Source: Vicugna vicugna
Taxonomy: Eukaryota
Direction of reading: 5' to 3'
Length of the DNA stretch: 64,000 bases
Assembly: GCA_013265495.1 (NCBI GenBank)
Contig: MU057801.1
Location: 682,001-746,000 of the forward strand
Part shown: positions 40,665 to 53,889 of the stretch, piece by piece
Layout: every line of letters begins with the position of its first letter
Numbering within the stretch: the first letter of the stretch is position 1
Position numbers and translations under genes: made by a program
The notes under the pieces: generated by a model
The model's input: only the letters and a program-made list of their open reading frames with translations
What the model was told of the DNA's origin: nothing
Database searches by the model: none

Positions 40665-41455
40665 TTGTTCTTTAAAACAGAACCAACCAAAAAACAAAAC
40701 AATCTAATTTAAAGCAACACTTCCTTTCAGATCACAACCTAAGTAAGTCATTTTCCAGGATATATGCATTTGTATACATAGCAGACATAAAAAAAAATCG
40801 TTAAGTTTCACAAAGAAATATTGACTCTTACAACATGTACTGCACTGTTAAATTTTTTGGTCTACTCTATTTTACTTTATTTCACTAATTTTAAAAAATG
40901 CTGGTTTTGACCAACTAAGTTTATTTCATGACCAACAAATTGGTCACGTGAGGCAGTCTGTAAAACACCAGCTAGGAGACGGGTTTCTGGGGGACGGAGC
41001 CAGTGACCAGCACCGCCCTGCGGAAGCTCTCCTCCACCGCGCATCCCGGGCTGGCGGGAGCAGCACCGAGGCTGCCCGGAATCTCACCAAACCTCACCCC
41101 CATCCCAGTTACTGTCTGCATCCACTGCCTTCAGCGCGCTGGCCTAGCCCGCCCGGGGCGACCGCTGCGTCAGACCCCCCGCGAGCCGCCCGGCCCCAGC
41201 CGCCTCACCTGCGCTTGTTCCCACGGCTCCCGAGGGGACCCCGACCGGCCTCGTGCACTGCGCTCTGCTGCGCGCACGCACATCTGAACTCTGCGCTGAG
41301 AATGTGCATGATGATTAAAAGTGGGATTAGAGGGGTCACTACTGAGTCCTGAGTTAGGCCAGCTTGTCCATTGTATCTCTTGCAGTATTCCGAGCGAAAG
41401 GAGAGGAACAAAACCCTCTCGGATTTCTCGGTAACACGCGCGCGCATGCGCTCAC

Positions 41456-41686
41456 CTGGCGAAACACCTCATTCACGAAGTTGACGTAGCCGCGCGTGGA
41501 CAGGAGGATGCGCTGCACCATCTCGTACACCGGCCGGTGCTCCTCGTCGACGCTGCAGAGGCTGCCGCTGCTGCGCCTGCGGTCGGACAGGGTGCTGCTG
41601 TTGGAAGGGCCTCTGTCCTGCTCGGCCGCCCCGCCGCCGTCCAGCTCCGGTGTCCTCTCCTGCGCCCCAGCTCCACCCCCGACGGT
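41456..41686 (-). CDS. RALGAPA2: RALGAPA2 coding exon (~exon 10), 231 nt: [16 protein letters not shown]...[13 protein letters not shown]
   Basis: Within ORF 41354..41860; ttcttccag acceptor, CAG|gtgagc donor; phase 0-0. Confidence 0.95.
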
Positions 41687-42899
41687 CTGGAAGAAAGTCA
41701 CCGCCACCTCTGAGTGATCCTCTCCGACACCCCAGGCCACCTGGCCAAGCTGGAGACCCGCCTCACGTGAAAGGGCTCCGTCCACCATCCATGTGACAAC
41801 TGAAAACCGCTCCAAGCACAGGGGCTTGGGGCCGGACTGACTGATTCTCTGATTCACCAACTAACCTCTTCCCAACTCTTGTTATCCCAGCGGAAAAACT
41901 GCCACACCATTGCAGGGACAGAGGCTGTGAAATTTATCCAAACCTAAACAGTTTGGTTGATAGCTGTAGAATCACAGAATAAATTACTGTGCAAATAAAC
42001 CTATCTCATCATCCCCTTTGGGCTCCGCCCTTCAGTCCTTCCTCTGTGGTCACAGAGATCTGAAAATTCTCTGTGGACTTTTTGCAGCTGCGGTGTTGGA
42101 AGCATCATCTGATTCATACAAGTAAGTGACACTTTGATTGGAGGAGTGTCGATACCTTTAAAGAATATTTTTCTGAGGAAAAAAAAACCTTGATCTGAAT
42201 TTCAAATTCAGAATCTCAGATTGAACTTTAAAATATTTACAAAACTTTTATTTAGAGATTTCAGGAGGACAATGAAATAATCCGTGTAATGACTCACAAG
42301 GTTTAAACTGATTTTTGCTCATTCCCCCTAGAACTAAAGATTTCCTCCAAACATAACAGACGTATAATTTCGCTTCATCCTTGTAAATTACTTTTTAGTG
42401 TCAAAAATATACAGCCCAAATACTGCTAAAATTCTACCCACTGGGAATATTTTTTACAAGAAGTGACAAGATATGAGTAGCACAAAATAATAATTTGAGT
42501 AACTACCAAGGACAGCTTGAAAGCAAAGCAGATATCCAAGTAATAATTTCTAGAGAAAATTAATAGAAAATTACAGTTAGAGTAATTTTCTCTTCATGCC
42601 TGGCAGTGAGGCCTGAGTGGCGTATCAAGGCACTGTCACCCTGTGCAATGAGTTTCCCTCAGGAAATTATTTCATCTTTTTGATGGATCAAATATCCTCC
42701 ATAGAAAAACAAAGTTTACTCCTTTTTAACTGATACATACATATTTTTAACCTGTAAAGCAGGGAGGCGAGATTTAGTCTAACGTCCTTGATGGCTCGGT
42801 AACCTGTGACTTTTTGATCAGTAACTCTCATTTTCCCCACAGGCCAAAAAAAAAGGACATACGAACTTAGGTGGCAGATTAAACATGGCCACAGCTTCT

Positions 42900-43378
42900 T
42901 TGGCCCTCCTTCCGTGAGGTCTGGGTGAGGTCTGGATCCCCTCCCTCTGCCCCCGTGGCCGACGGGACTGTGTTAACCAGGAGAAAGGAGGGGTGGAAGG
43001 CGCCTGTGCCAGTTTGAGGTGCAGGCCCAGGAGGCTGACCGCTGCCACTTTGCATCTCTGGGGACATTTGTGCCTGGAGCCCTGAACAGCCAGGGAAGAC
43101 GTCCAACGGCCTTGCTGGAGGGACTACGTGGAAAGGGAGGTCCGGCTGGGCCCAGCCGAGTACCAGGCACGTGAATGAAGTCATCCTGGACCCTCCAGGT
43201 CAACCAGCCACCAGCGGAAGACCACCACCCCTTGACCTCAGTGAATGGAGCATAAGAACTATACAACCAAATCTCACCCAAATTCCTGACCCAAAAAGTG
43301 AAACACATAATAAGATTAAAGGGTTGTTGTTTTAAGCCACTATGCTCTGAGGTCATTAGAAAGTAACTAAGATAACAC
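42900..43378 (+). mobile_element. MLT1 (MaLR) LTR
   Basis: Ends cccaaattcctgaccc...ttgttgttttaagccactatgctctgaggtc...gtaactaagataaca. Confidence 0.7.
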
Positions 43379-45217
43379 AGCGGTTAGATTACTAAAATAA
43401 CGTATATGAAGAATTATGTTTAACGGCACAAAGTTATTTCTAAAAATGAGCTGTTATCCAAATAGAACATAATGACAACACAGATGAATTTCCCACCATG
43501 CCATTAACTGAAAACTGTTTCTCCTGATAAAACGGCGCTTTGCTTAGCCTCCTTCAGTCCACATCAGCAAAAGGCTGCTTTCCAAAACATTTGTGTGTTT
43601 TAACAGACATTTATAATTATAGTAAATGATGAGAGTGAAAACAAACTAGTAATTCAAGTCTACTCATTTCTTGCCTCTTTTATAAAGATCAACAGTCAGA
43701 GCATGAATACACGTTAACTACAGAGAGAGAGGCCCCCTTCCACCCGCCACAGTCAAGCTGGAATTCTCAATTATTACTTAGTATGAGTTGATTTTGAGGG
43801 GAAAAGGCAAAGGTGATTTTCCCTTTTTGGCATCTGACGGACGTTTAGTCAGTGAAACAGACATACCTGCTTGAACCAGGCGGGCGCAGCCAGGGCTCAG
43901 GAAATACACAGCGTAGGCTGTCACTTAGCCCTTCCGCTGGCAACCCCGGTTTCCTCTCAGTCCGCGGCTCACACTGAGACCTGTGCACACGCAAGGTCAG
44001 GCCGGATGAGAACATCCAGCAAGCACGCGTGAAACAAGAGAATGTAGCTGTCACTCTGCTGGTGGTGCCCAGCATCACTCAATTCTCCTTTGCAGTTTGC
44101 CTACGTGGTTGGGGACAGCCTAGAGCTCAAGGAGCACGCAGAGCCCTGGGGCGGCAGGCAGCAGACAGGTGGTGTGTCACACGCAAACCCCCACAGGGGT
44201 GCCACTTTGCATGAGTCGTTTTCTTGTAACTGTTCAGCAACTTCAGGAAACCCACAGCTTGTTAATCATTATTGACGTATCTGGTTCAGAATTAAAAGTG
44301 GTACTTGAACAATGTAACTAAAGAGTTATCATATCAATAAGTGTGATTAACTGTTCTTGGTATCTCAAACCACTTTTCATTCTCTCATGGACTTCTTTGG
44401 GTGATAATGTTTAATTGACGTGCATACAAAACCAATAATAAAACAAAAAGTTGCTGCTGAGATTTTAACACCACCACTCTGCTTTCTCCCGTGCATGCTA
44501 AAGTACTTCTACCTCAGACAAAAATGAATTACCAAGAAGTAAATAATAGCTCACTGAGGACATTTTCAGCTGAAATGATGCATCGAGAACCTTCAGATCT
44601 GAAAGGGGAATTTGCCATCAGTGTCGCCAACATGGTACAGGACGCACAGGCAACAGTATTTTCACCCTCCCGTGAGTGATGCCACGCAGAGGAACATCTG
44701 TCAAACCAGATTCTCCGAGGGGCTGGTGAGCTCAGTCTGGAAGATGCATTAATTCCTTTCTTTCCTGGTGAAAAATACTGTCAAATGGATTCGTTCTAGA
44801 TCAAAAGGAAGTAAGTTCACTTTGGAAAAAGACATACAAAAAAAATCTCATAGATAACCTGAACACAGTAACAGTGGCAAAAGTATGAACTCTGCTTGGA
44901 AGTAGCATTTAAAATACTGCTTGAAAGGGCCTTTATAAGGGCACTACATTCTTTGCAGAGAGATTCTGCATCACCTGACGCCGACAGTGTTCACTCGACA
45001 CCGGTAAAATTACATTAAATTTCAAATTCCAAACAAAAACTTTCAGGAGAAAAATATAATTGTATGTGCCTTTATTCCTGCAACTCTATTTCCAAAATTT
45101 AGTATTCAGTTGTTTGAGCTGCTTTTTCTCACGTACAGTGTGAGGTGTGGAACACGGCAGACACGTGTGAGAGGAGGTGGAAAACAGCTGTGAGGCAGAG
45201 AAGGGGACTCAGGGGAT

Positions 45218-45668
45218 GACTGGCCGGCTGAATGCCGACCACCACCCTGCAAGGTGTCCAGGCCCTCATCCTCGGAACCTTTGAATATGCTGCCTTACGT
45301 GGCAAAAGGGACTTCACAGGTAAGACTGAGGATGTGGAGGGGGAGTGTCCTGGAGTGCCCGAGTGGTCCCATGGTCATCACAAGGGCCCATGAGGAGGCA
45401 GGAGGATCAGACACCGAGAAGGCGACGTGAAGATGGAGGCGGAGGGAGAAAAGGGGATGTGCTGAGGGGCCCAGAGCCAGGCACACAGGCGGCCTCTGGA
45501 AGCCGGACGAGGTGATGACGCAGACCCTCCTCCAGAGCCTCCGGAAGGAGCACTAACCTGCCAACACCTTGATGTTAGCCCACTGAGGCTGAGTTTGGAG
45601 TTCTGAGTCCCAGACCCTTAGGATAATAAATCTGCGAAGTTAGCCACTGCAGCTACAGGAAACTAACG
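45218..45668 (+). mobile_element. MLT1C/D-like MaLR LTR
   Basis: ggaacctttgaatatg...ttacgtggcaaaagggacttcacagg...ctgccaacaccttgat...aggaaactaac. Confidence 0.8.
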
Positions 45669-46494
45669 TGACCACCTGCTGTGAGGAGTGCGACCGGTCT
45701 GCAGGGGCTGCTGCAGTGGCCTGGACTGCCGTCCGCCCCAGCTCCGCTCCCCGCACGGAACCCGTGCTGCGCCTCCTTGCGGGCACACACCTGGCCGGCA
45801 GCACGCCGACCCCAGTGGAGGGGCGTCTGTTTCATGGAACCAGCCTCGGCCCTCCTGGCTGTTCACACACCCAGATCTGAGCCACTCCGTGCCTAGGCAT
45901 GGTTCCAGGAGTGGGTGGGTAACCTATATTGTTCCACTCAGACAAAGGGGACGGGCTTTATATTTCTGGACTGTCTCTGAATTTGAACAGGGAAAGTGGC
46001 GTCCAGCCGCGGGCATCACGGCAACCAGCAGGGAAGCAGAAGATGAAGGGGCCCCGCGAGAAAAGGGCAGCGGAGGGGAGAGGGGCCCGGGCGGGGAGCC
46101 ACGCCCTCAGCTCCCATGAGATGAAAATACGTCTTTTATGTTAAGACAGTTTGAGTTCTGGGTTGTTTTTTTTCTGCCTGTTTGGATGATAAAATCCTCC
46201 CAGCTGGTTCAAGTGGTCAGACCCTTCCGACACCGGAAGAGCGAGCTAACGAAGGGAGAGGGCTCACGAGGGCGAAGAGCCAGGAAAACATGAGCACCTT
46301 GCCGCAGTGCTCAGTTTGCTGTTCCTGCTACTTCTAGTCATCAAACGTATTTTTCAAGAATCAGCGACTTATTTTCAATAAATGCAGGTGATGGTTTTCT
46401 GAAATTTTGAAATGAGGCAAGAAAAAGTTACATCTTTTCTATGAAGGCATTTGGAACTGCCTGTGTGCACAGCCACATAAAGATGCAACAATAA

Positions 46495-47190
46495 ATTTAT
46501 CAGAGTGACTGGGTTTCTAATACATGATTTCCTGCTGATGTTTGTCCGCCTGAGGATTTTTTGTTTTTGTCTACCGGATGGGTGAATAAAGATCTCTCAT
46601 CATGGCTCAGAACTAACTGTGTTTCCCTGAGTGCTGGTGAATTCAGAGTCAGTTTTATTTCCTCTTCCGTGAACTGCCTTTCACCTCTTTGTCCATTTTC
46701 CAATTAGGCTGTCTTCTTATTGACTTGTAGATGCTCTTTATACAGCAGAGATACGAACTCCCCCAACAGCCATGATGTTACAGATGCTTCTCACAGTCTA
46801 TTGCTTGGGCCTGGCTTTATGTTATCTTTTGACATATAAATCTTTTTCTATTTTTAAAAATAAAGTCGAACCTCCTTTCTTCTGTGGTTTGTGGGCCTTA
46901 TCCCTACAAAGGCGACCTACTACTTCCCACATTTACACATTCCCCCAGACTTTCCCCAAGTTCTCTAGTACTTGGTTTTTATATTTAGACCTTAAATCAA
47001 CTTAGGCCCTAAATCAATGTGACGTGTGCTTTGTACGTGATATGAAGTGAGGTTCTGAGAAAGAGACAGACGGACAGACGAGTTCTAGCTTCCAGGCTTG
47101 CAGATTAGATTAGATATTCAGTGCTAATATCTGCCTCATTCCTTCGGAATAACTGTGGTTTCTGTTTGGAAGTCTCTATCATTTTTTTCT
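46495..47190 (-). mobile_element. Old L1 ORF2 fragment
   Basis: ORF 46500..46703 (-) contains RQFTEEEIK, similar to the L1 ORF2 C-terminal region. Confidence 0.65.
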
Positions 47191-49554
47191 TCATCCCTAA
47201 AAGTCAAATGTCTGTTAAGGTCGGCGTCTGTTTCACGAATTCTTCCTGGGACTCGAGGGCCTTTCCGGTCTAAGGCATGACTCTTCCCAGCTCAGGTACA
47301 CTTTCCTTACTCTCAGCTCAGTCATTACCTCTCACCTTTCCCTCCTTCTGCCCTCACAGTATCTGCAAGGTGGGTCTGCACCTGTCCCCAGCTCTTACTA
47401 CTCATTTCTGACTTCCAGCTCTGATTTTTTTTTAACCAGCGTTGTGCGGTATTGCTTCAGAAGACCAATTTTGTTCTCAGCAGTGACTATTACCATTTCG
47501 GGTTTACCCAATTAAAATTTTAAATTCAGAAATTTAAGTTTTTTCTTAAAAAAAAAACCCTTTTTTGCAGAGTCTTCTGTTATCCTCCTGGCATCCTGTC
47601 TCTCTCAGTTGTCTTTGGAAACAAGCTCCTCCCGGCCTTCGGTCAGTGCTGGCCAGTGGGGCCCGGGCTCTGGGCCTGCTCAGTGCTCCTGCATCGGGGT
47701 ACTCAGCCCCCAGGCGAGCACACCGTGAGCTCGGGCAGAGGTCACACTTCTGGCACCTCCAGCGCACTGGCCAACCTGCACTAAATGGACTACACTTTCT
47801 GGCTCTGTTCTTGGGGCCAATTAAGAAGCAAATGAAACCGTGACTCCTCCATGAAGTGGCCGCTCTGCCTGCCACGAGTGGTCCTGCTCTCCTCACACAA
47901 AGGCTAGAAGCTACGCAGCCCGCTGAGAGACCGCATGTGTGTGTGACCAAGGCCACCAAGCACGAGTGGCCCTGTGGCTCCATGTGAGAAGAGGTCCTCA
48001 CCCAAGGCCTCGGGGAGAGGCGGCCTCCTCTTCCAGGGGCCCGTTGACAGCTCAACAATCACCCGAAATCCTGAGCGGCCGGCCCTCCCTGCCCCTGAGA
48101 TCCCAGGGACACCTGGTGGTCTCACAGGTTCCCTCCAGGGACCACCTCACAATTCCTGAGGCCCTTCCTGGGGCAAGAGGCCCTGGGTCTTCTGCTCAGA
48201 GGTCACTGGGACTTGAGGGAAGGAGGGAAGATGAGAGGGAGCCAGGAGGGCGCTCGGCAGCATCTTCCAGAACGCCTCCTTCGCCACCAAGATTGCCTGG
48301 ACGATGCCCACGGAGCACAACGAGTGCTCGTGACGCACGCGCGGCTCCCTCTGAGGCCCAGCATGGTAGGATTCATCCCTGAAAGTCAAATGTCTGTTAA
48401 GGTCGGCGTCTGTTTCACGAATTCTTCCTGGGACTCGAGGGCCTTTCCGGTCTAAGGCATGACTCTTCCCAGCTCAGGTACACTTTCCTTACTCTCAGCT
48501 CAGTCATTACCTCTCACCTTTCCCTCCTTCTGCCCTCACAGTATCTGCAAGGTGGGTCTGCACCTGTCCCCAGCTCTTACTACTCATTTCTGACTTCCAG
48601 CTCTGATTTTTTTTTAACCAGCGTTGTGCGGTATTGCTTCAGAAGACCAATTTTGTTCTCAGCAGTGACTATTACCATTTCGGGTTTACCCAATTAAAAT
48701 TTTAAATTCAGAAATTTAAGTTTTTTCTTAAAAAAAAAAACCTTTTTTGCAGAGAGTCTTCTGTTATCCTCCTGGCATCCTGCCTCTCTCAGTTGTCTTT
48801 GGAAACAAGCTCCTCCCGGCCTTCGGTCAGTGCTGGCCAGTGGGGCCCGGGCTCTGGGCCTGCTCAGTGCTCCTGCATCGGGGTACTCAGCCCCCAGGCG
48901 AGCACACCGTGAGCTCGGGCAGAGGTCACACTTCTGGCACCTCCAGCGCACTGGCCAACCTGCACTAAATGGACTACACTTTCTGGCTCTGTTCTTGGGG
49001 CCAATTAAGAAGCAAATGAAACCGTGACTCCTCCATGAAGTGGCCGCTCTGCCTGCCACGAGTGGTCCTGCTCTCCTCACACAAAGGCTAGAAGCTACGC
49101 AGCCCGCTGAGAGACCGCATGTGTGTGTGACCAAGGCCACCAAGCACGAGTGGCCCTGTGGCTCCATGTGAGAAGAGGTCCTCACCCAAGGCCTCGGGGA
49201 GAGGCGGCCTCCTCTTCCAGGGGCCCGTTGACAGCTCAACAATCACCCGAAATCCTGAGCGGCCGGCCCTCCCTGCCCCTGAGATCCCAGGGACACCTGG
49301 TGGTCTCACAGGTTCCCTCCAGGGACCACCTCACAATTCCTGAGGCCCTTCCTGGGGCAAGAGGCCCTGGGTCTTCTGCTCAGAGGTCACTGGGACTTGA
49401 GGGAAGGAGGGAAGATGAGAGGGAGCCAGGAGGGCGCTTGGCAGCATCTTCCAGAACGCCTCCTTCGCCACCAAGATTGCCTGGACGATGCCCACGGAGC
49501 ACAACGAGTGCTCGTGACGCACGCGCGGCTCCCTCTGAGGCCCAGCATGGTAGG
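47190..49554. repeat. Near-identical tandem duplication, 2 x ~1.18 kb (47190-48370 and 48372-49554)
   Basis: Both copies start ttcatccct(a/g)aaagtcaaatg and end cccagcatggtagg; duplicated ORFs in the track (47904/49088, 47974/49158). Confidence 0.98.
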
Positions 49555-49689
49555 TGGGTGAGCTAATAAACTCGAGGCCCCGTAGCCAACAACCTGCGAG
49601 AGCCAGTGACCCTGACGGTCAGCTACCTTGGCACCTGTCCACGTCTGTCACGACACCAGTGTGAAAAGAGAAAGCGATGGGTGCCTTAC

Positions 49690-49889
49690 CTGGATGATTT
49701 TAGGCAGGACATCGGCTCCATTTTTAGTGTTTTGTGTGCCCGTTAGATACTTTTTTTCCAGAAAGAAAGTTACAATCCACTTAATAAAAACAACTCGAGC
49801 TGCCATGTAAGGGACGTTCGTGCTGTAAATGTTTTCATTGTCTCGAGTTGTCGTGACGTACACCGGCTTCGGCCTGGAGTGGGGGATGT
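49690..49889 (-). CDS. RALGAPA2: RALGAPA2 coding exon (~exon 9), 200 nt: [22 protein letters not shown]...[12 protein letters not shown]
   Basis: Within ORF 49648..50163; ttttcccgcag acceptor, CAG|gtaagg donor. Confidence 0.96.
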
Positions 49890-50374
49890 CTGCGGGAAAA
49901 CAAGACCGCCCGATTCGGTCAGTGAATCTCAGCGTTATGTCAGCCCCACAAACGCTTCCGTTTCTAATTAGATGGACACCTGTTTGGTGGTTTAAATAAC
50001 AGCTGAGATTAAAGAACCAGAAATAATTAAAACAGCACCTCTGGTAGACCTGTTTCCGATTCCGCCCTGCAACCTGACCAACACAGAGTGGTGGCTGCTG
50101 TCGTTTACACACAACTACAGCGCACGGCTGTGGAGAAACAAAGGTAGTAACTCTTTTTGACACATTTGAGAAATTATATGAGATTATAACAGTGAAAACT
50201 TTTTCGCATAAGTTATAACTAATTTAATCTTACGACTGGAACAAATGTAAAAGCATATACAGACTTCTAAAAATCATAGTAGGTATTTTAACATCCAACA
50301 TCATGGTAATTAAATCCAATGATCTTTAGTTTTATAAACTTTTCCCTTTAAATGAACCCAAAGAAACAGAAATT

Positions 50375-50475
50375 GGGGGGAGGGTATAGCTCAGTGGTAG
50401 AGCATATGCTTAACATGCACAAGGTCCCGGGTTCAATCCCCAGTACTGCCATTAAAGAAAGAAAGAAAGAAAGGG
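50375..50475 (+). mobile_element. tRNA-Ala-derived camelid-type SINE
   Basis: ggggggagggtatagctcagtggtagagcatatgcttaacatgcacaaggtcccgggttcaatccccagtac with (GAAA)n tail. Confidence 0.92.
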
Positions 50476-51676
50476 AATTAGTATAGTCTACTTTATGTCT
50501 AAAAGAATTCATAAAGTCATGTTTCATCTTCAAGATATCAGATACCACCATTTTTAAAGAAATAAAAATAAGTCTTTTTCTCATTCTTTAAATCCCACAG
50601 TCAATACGAGGATTACGTGGTATGGAATCTGAGATGCTACTTGCTGTGAGCTCGACTCTCACCAATCTTTATACACCTGAAGGCACCTGCATGAGGCAGA
50701 AAAGTTCTCAGCAAAACACTCTCATTCCATGGATATTCACAACACATCATATTTTCTACAATGCATATATGGACTACTGAGAAGATCAGAAACAATTTTT
50801 GAAAAAAATGCCCAAATAAATATAGCTAACAGAATACATATTCCAGCACCGTGAATGATCAGGACGTCAAGAACTTTCTAAATGAGCCAAGCTGCAGCTG
50901 CCCTCCCCTTTCCCGAGGGTGCGGACACACGGAAGCACCCACAGTCACCTGACTCCGCTGTCCACGTTCCCCGGGTGGAGCAGCGTCTGCTGTGACCTTT
51001 CCCCCGCCAGAACTGCTCTTGATTATTCATCTGAACAAATTTCACCCTTTTTAAAATAACAGAGAGAGGAAGACTGGCTGCCCCCATCTCCACCGGAGAT
51101 GTTTCTGTCCTGTGAGTCCCCACTCCTTACAGAAGGAAAACTCTAGAAGCTCAGTGAGAAATCCCCTTGCGTCTCCTATCCCTTGGGGCTTCCTGCCCCG
51201 AGATTCCCCAATCACCCGAATGTCTGTCCCTCTGCCGGCAGCTGGCAGCACTATCTGCTGAATGAAAGATCCAATATTTTTAAAAAAGCAGACTGTGCAG
51301 CCATGCGGCTGGGGCTGGCCGACCTCACCACTGAGCAAGGTCTGGGGTCACCACACCCCCCTCCCTCTAAGAGGATACTGTAAGGAATTCTGGCTTGTTT
51401 TTACATTAAAAAATTCACTAAGTGTAATCACATCGAAAGTATCATGATACATACCAAATTATTTCTGAGTGCAGGAGCCACAGGTTCCCTGCTGCTGCTG
51501 TGAACTGCAGTAGATCTTAGTCTGAACAAACAGCTAAAGTCATTTACTGAGAAACTTTAAACCTCTTACAATAAAGTTACCACTAAATATGAGAAACAAG
51601 CATTATTTTGCTTAAAAATAATCGAAGGTCACTTGGCGGGGGCGGGACGGCCTCCCGGGGACCGGTCAGCACTCAC

Positions 51677-51815
51677 CGAGCACAGGCTTGTAGACGTTCG
51701 TCAGCCTCGTAAACGACGGAAACAAATGGGGAAGATAATACTTTCGAAACAACGTGAAGAGAAATTTAAACCCAGTTTCCTGATTCTCCTTGTTCCTCCA
51801 CTCCAGGCTGGCGGC
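51677..51815 (-). CDS. RALGAPA2: RALGAPA2 coding exon (~exon 8), 139 nt: [46 protein letters not shown]
   Basis: Within ORF 51666..51872; cacag acceptor, G|gtgagt donor. Confidence 0.96.
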
Positions 51816-53889
51816 CTGTGGACGACACGGGGAAAGGGCACACGTCCGTTCACACTGCAGACTGACAGCCACTCAACCGAAGCGCTGCTGCGCCATGGAA
51901 GTCCCCACCCCGAACAACAGCCCGGTAAATCACGCGGACGATCTTGTAATATTTTAAATTCAGAAGATGATAAGAATGAGTATTTCAGTACAAACAGTAA
52001 CTACATTTAAAACAGCATTTTTACTGCACCTGCAAGGGAAAAAAGTCACGCAATGATATCACATCCTTTCGAACTTGCTCTGCTACGTACCACGCCCATG
52101 TTTATATCTACACATCCTTGGTAATCACTTCATGTTCTTTGTGCCTTTATAATGTTTAGTGAGATGTAATTAGGCGCTTCTTTTTGTAACTCAAAAGAGG
52201 CCATTTATAATAAACAGGAATTAAAGACAGCATCTCTTGCAAGGATTTCATCCCATGTTACCTACATGCAAAATCATTACCAAAATGCAAAGCTGCAGAA
52301 TCTTGGGAAGGGCATAAAAAGCAGCCCACAGGCCACAGTAAAGCAGGCCAGCCAGCCCCGCTGCATAGTAAGTTTAAAGCATCCATTGTCTCTAGACACT
52401 ATTTTCCCCTCAAATCGCCAGCACCATGTTCGCACAGGATGAGCTCCAGAGCAGGGAGCGGCCCATACAAGCCTGGAGGGCAGCCTGGTAGCAGAAGCGC
52501 TGTCCCTCCCCGACAGAGGGACACACGAGCCCCTGGGGAAGGCCTGTCGCACCAGGTGGACCGCACAGAGCTCTAAAGCAGAGCTTCCCAACTGCCTTCA
52601 GGACTCAGCCCACCCGGAACAGGGTAGTATCTGTGTGGCACGTGAGGTGGGGGGTGAGGGGCTTCGGCCAACGCGGGGGCGGGGGCTCAGCGGCTGCCGT
52701 CTGTCAGATGTGCCCCGGCTGAGCCACGGGGGACACTCTGCTCTGAGGCCTCGCCCCAGCAGATGGAGGGAGTGGGTACACAGGCACACACAGCTCCGCA
52801 CACAGTCTGGCGGCTTCACCTCCACCCTCTGTCAATGGCATCCCCCCTCTAGCGGGGTCCTGGGGTCACGTGACATCCGAGGTCACACAGCTCACCAGTG
52901 ACATGTCTACGGTGGAAACCCCAGTCCCCCGACACACCCAAGGTCTAGGCGCCCTGCTGATTTCCCAGGGCGCAGGGGATGCCCGACCACTTCTGAGCAG
53001 ACGGGGCTGAGATATACACAGGAAGGGCCAGCGCAGCTAGCACAGGGAGCTCACGGGAGACAATGGGGACCTAGGGCGGGCTCTCAGGATTTGAGGGCCC
53101 ATGCTTCGGATGCTAAAGGATTCGGGAACAGGACAGTGCACAGGACCACCCCCAGGACGAGGTGGGCAGAGAGGGCAGCCAAGGACTGACCTCTAAGGTT
53201 GGCAGAGAGAAGCGCAGAATCCTCCAGAAAACTGGAAAGGAGTAAAGAAAGGGGGAGAGAAGCTGGGGGAGGCACCCCAGCAGGAGAGGCTCTGATGAAG
53301 GAGGGATCCCTGCCACATCGCCTGAAGGATCAAGGACGGCAGACACCAGAGGGTCCTGCTCTGGACCTGACTCCAGATCCCTCGGCGTCCTAGGCCCCCG
53401 ACCCAGCAGTGACAGGGCAAAGGCAGGTGACAGTCACATCCAAGGCACGTCAGGCGGGGAAGTGGACTTGGCGGAGATTGTTACGTCCACGGCCCGGGCT
53501 GCGCAGGGGAGGGCGCGGCCTGAACGACGCCGGAGGAGCTCGGGGACGAGCGGAGTGTTCACTGGGAGTAAAGGATCAGTAGCTTTTCTCTGAACCATAT
53601 CAATGTTCAGAAACAGAGACCAAGAGACATAAATCCCCTACTGAAACCGTAAGCTAACAATTTCAGTTCTCTTTTCAGCGGGTAAATATAAGAGAAAGAA
53701 GCAGGTGACGTAAAGGAGCCCCAGGCTGAAGGCAGGAGGAGGTAATCCCATGGGCTTCCTTCCTCTCCCCCGACTCTGCGGATTCCGGACCATCCCTCTG
53801 CCTCTGGGCCGGCTGCTCCCCCACCCCGGTCTCACCAGCAGAGAGAACCAGGCAGTGGGGCAGCAAACAGCCCAAAGCAGGTAAACGCT

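Noticed and set aside
42194..42212. Palindrome tctgaattt-c-aaattcaga
   Set aside because: A 9-bp AT-rich stem is expected by chance in 64 kb
47546..49566. Paired 147-182 aa ORFs suggesting duplicated genes
   Set aside because: GC-rich intronic ORFs replicated by the tandem duplication; no recognisable protein
50375..50452. tRNA-Ala-like gene (also at 40491, 39036, 24765)
   Set aside because: Multiple diverged copies with simple-repeat tails, TSDs and mismatched stems are SINEs, not functional tRNAs
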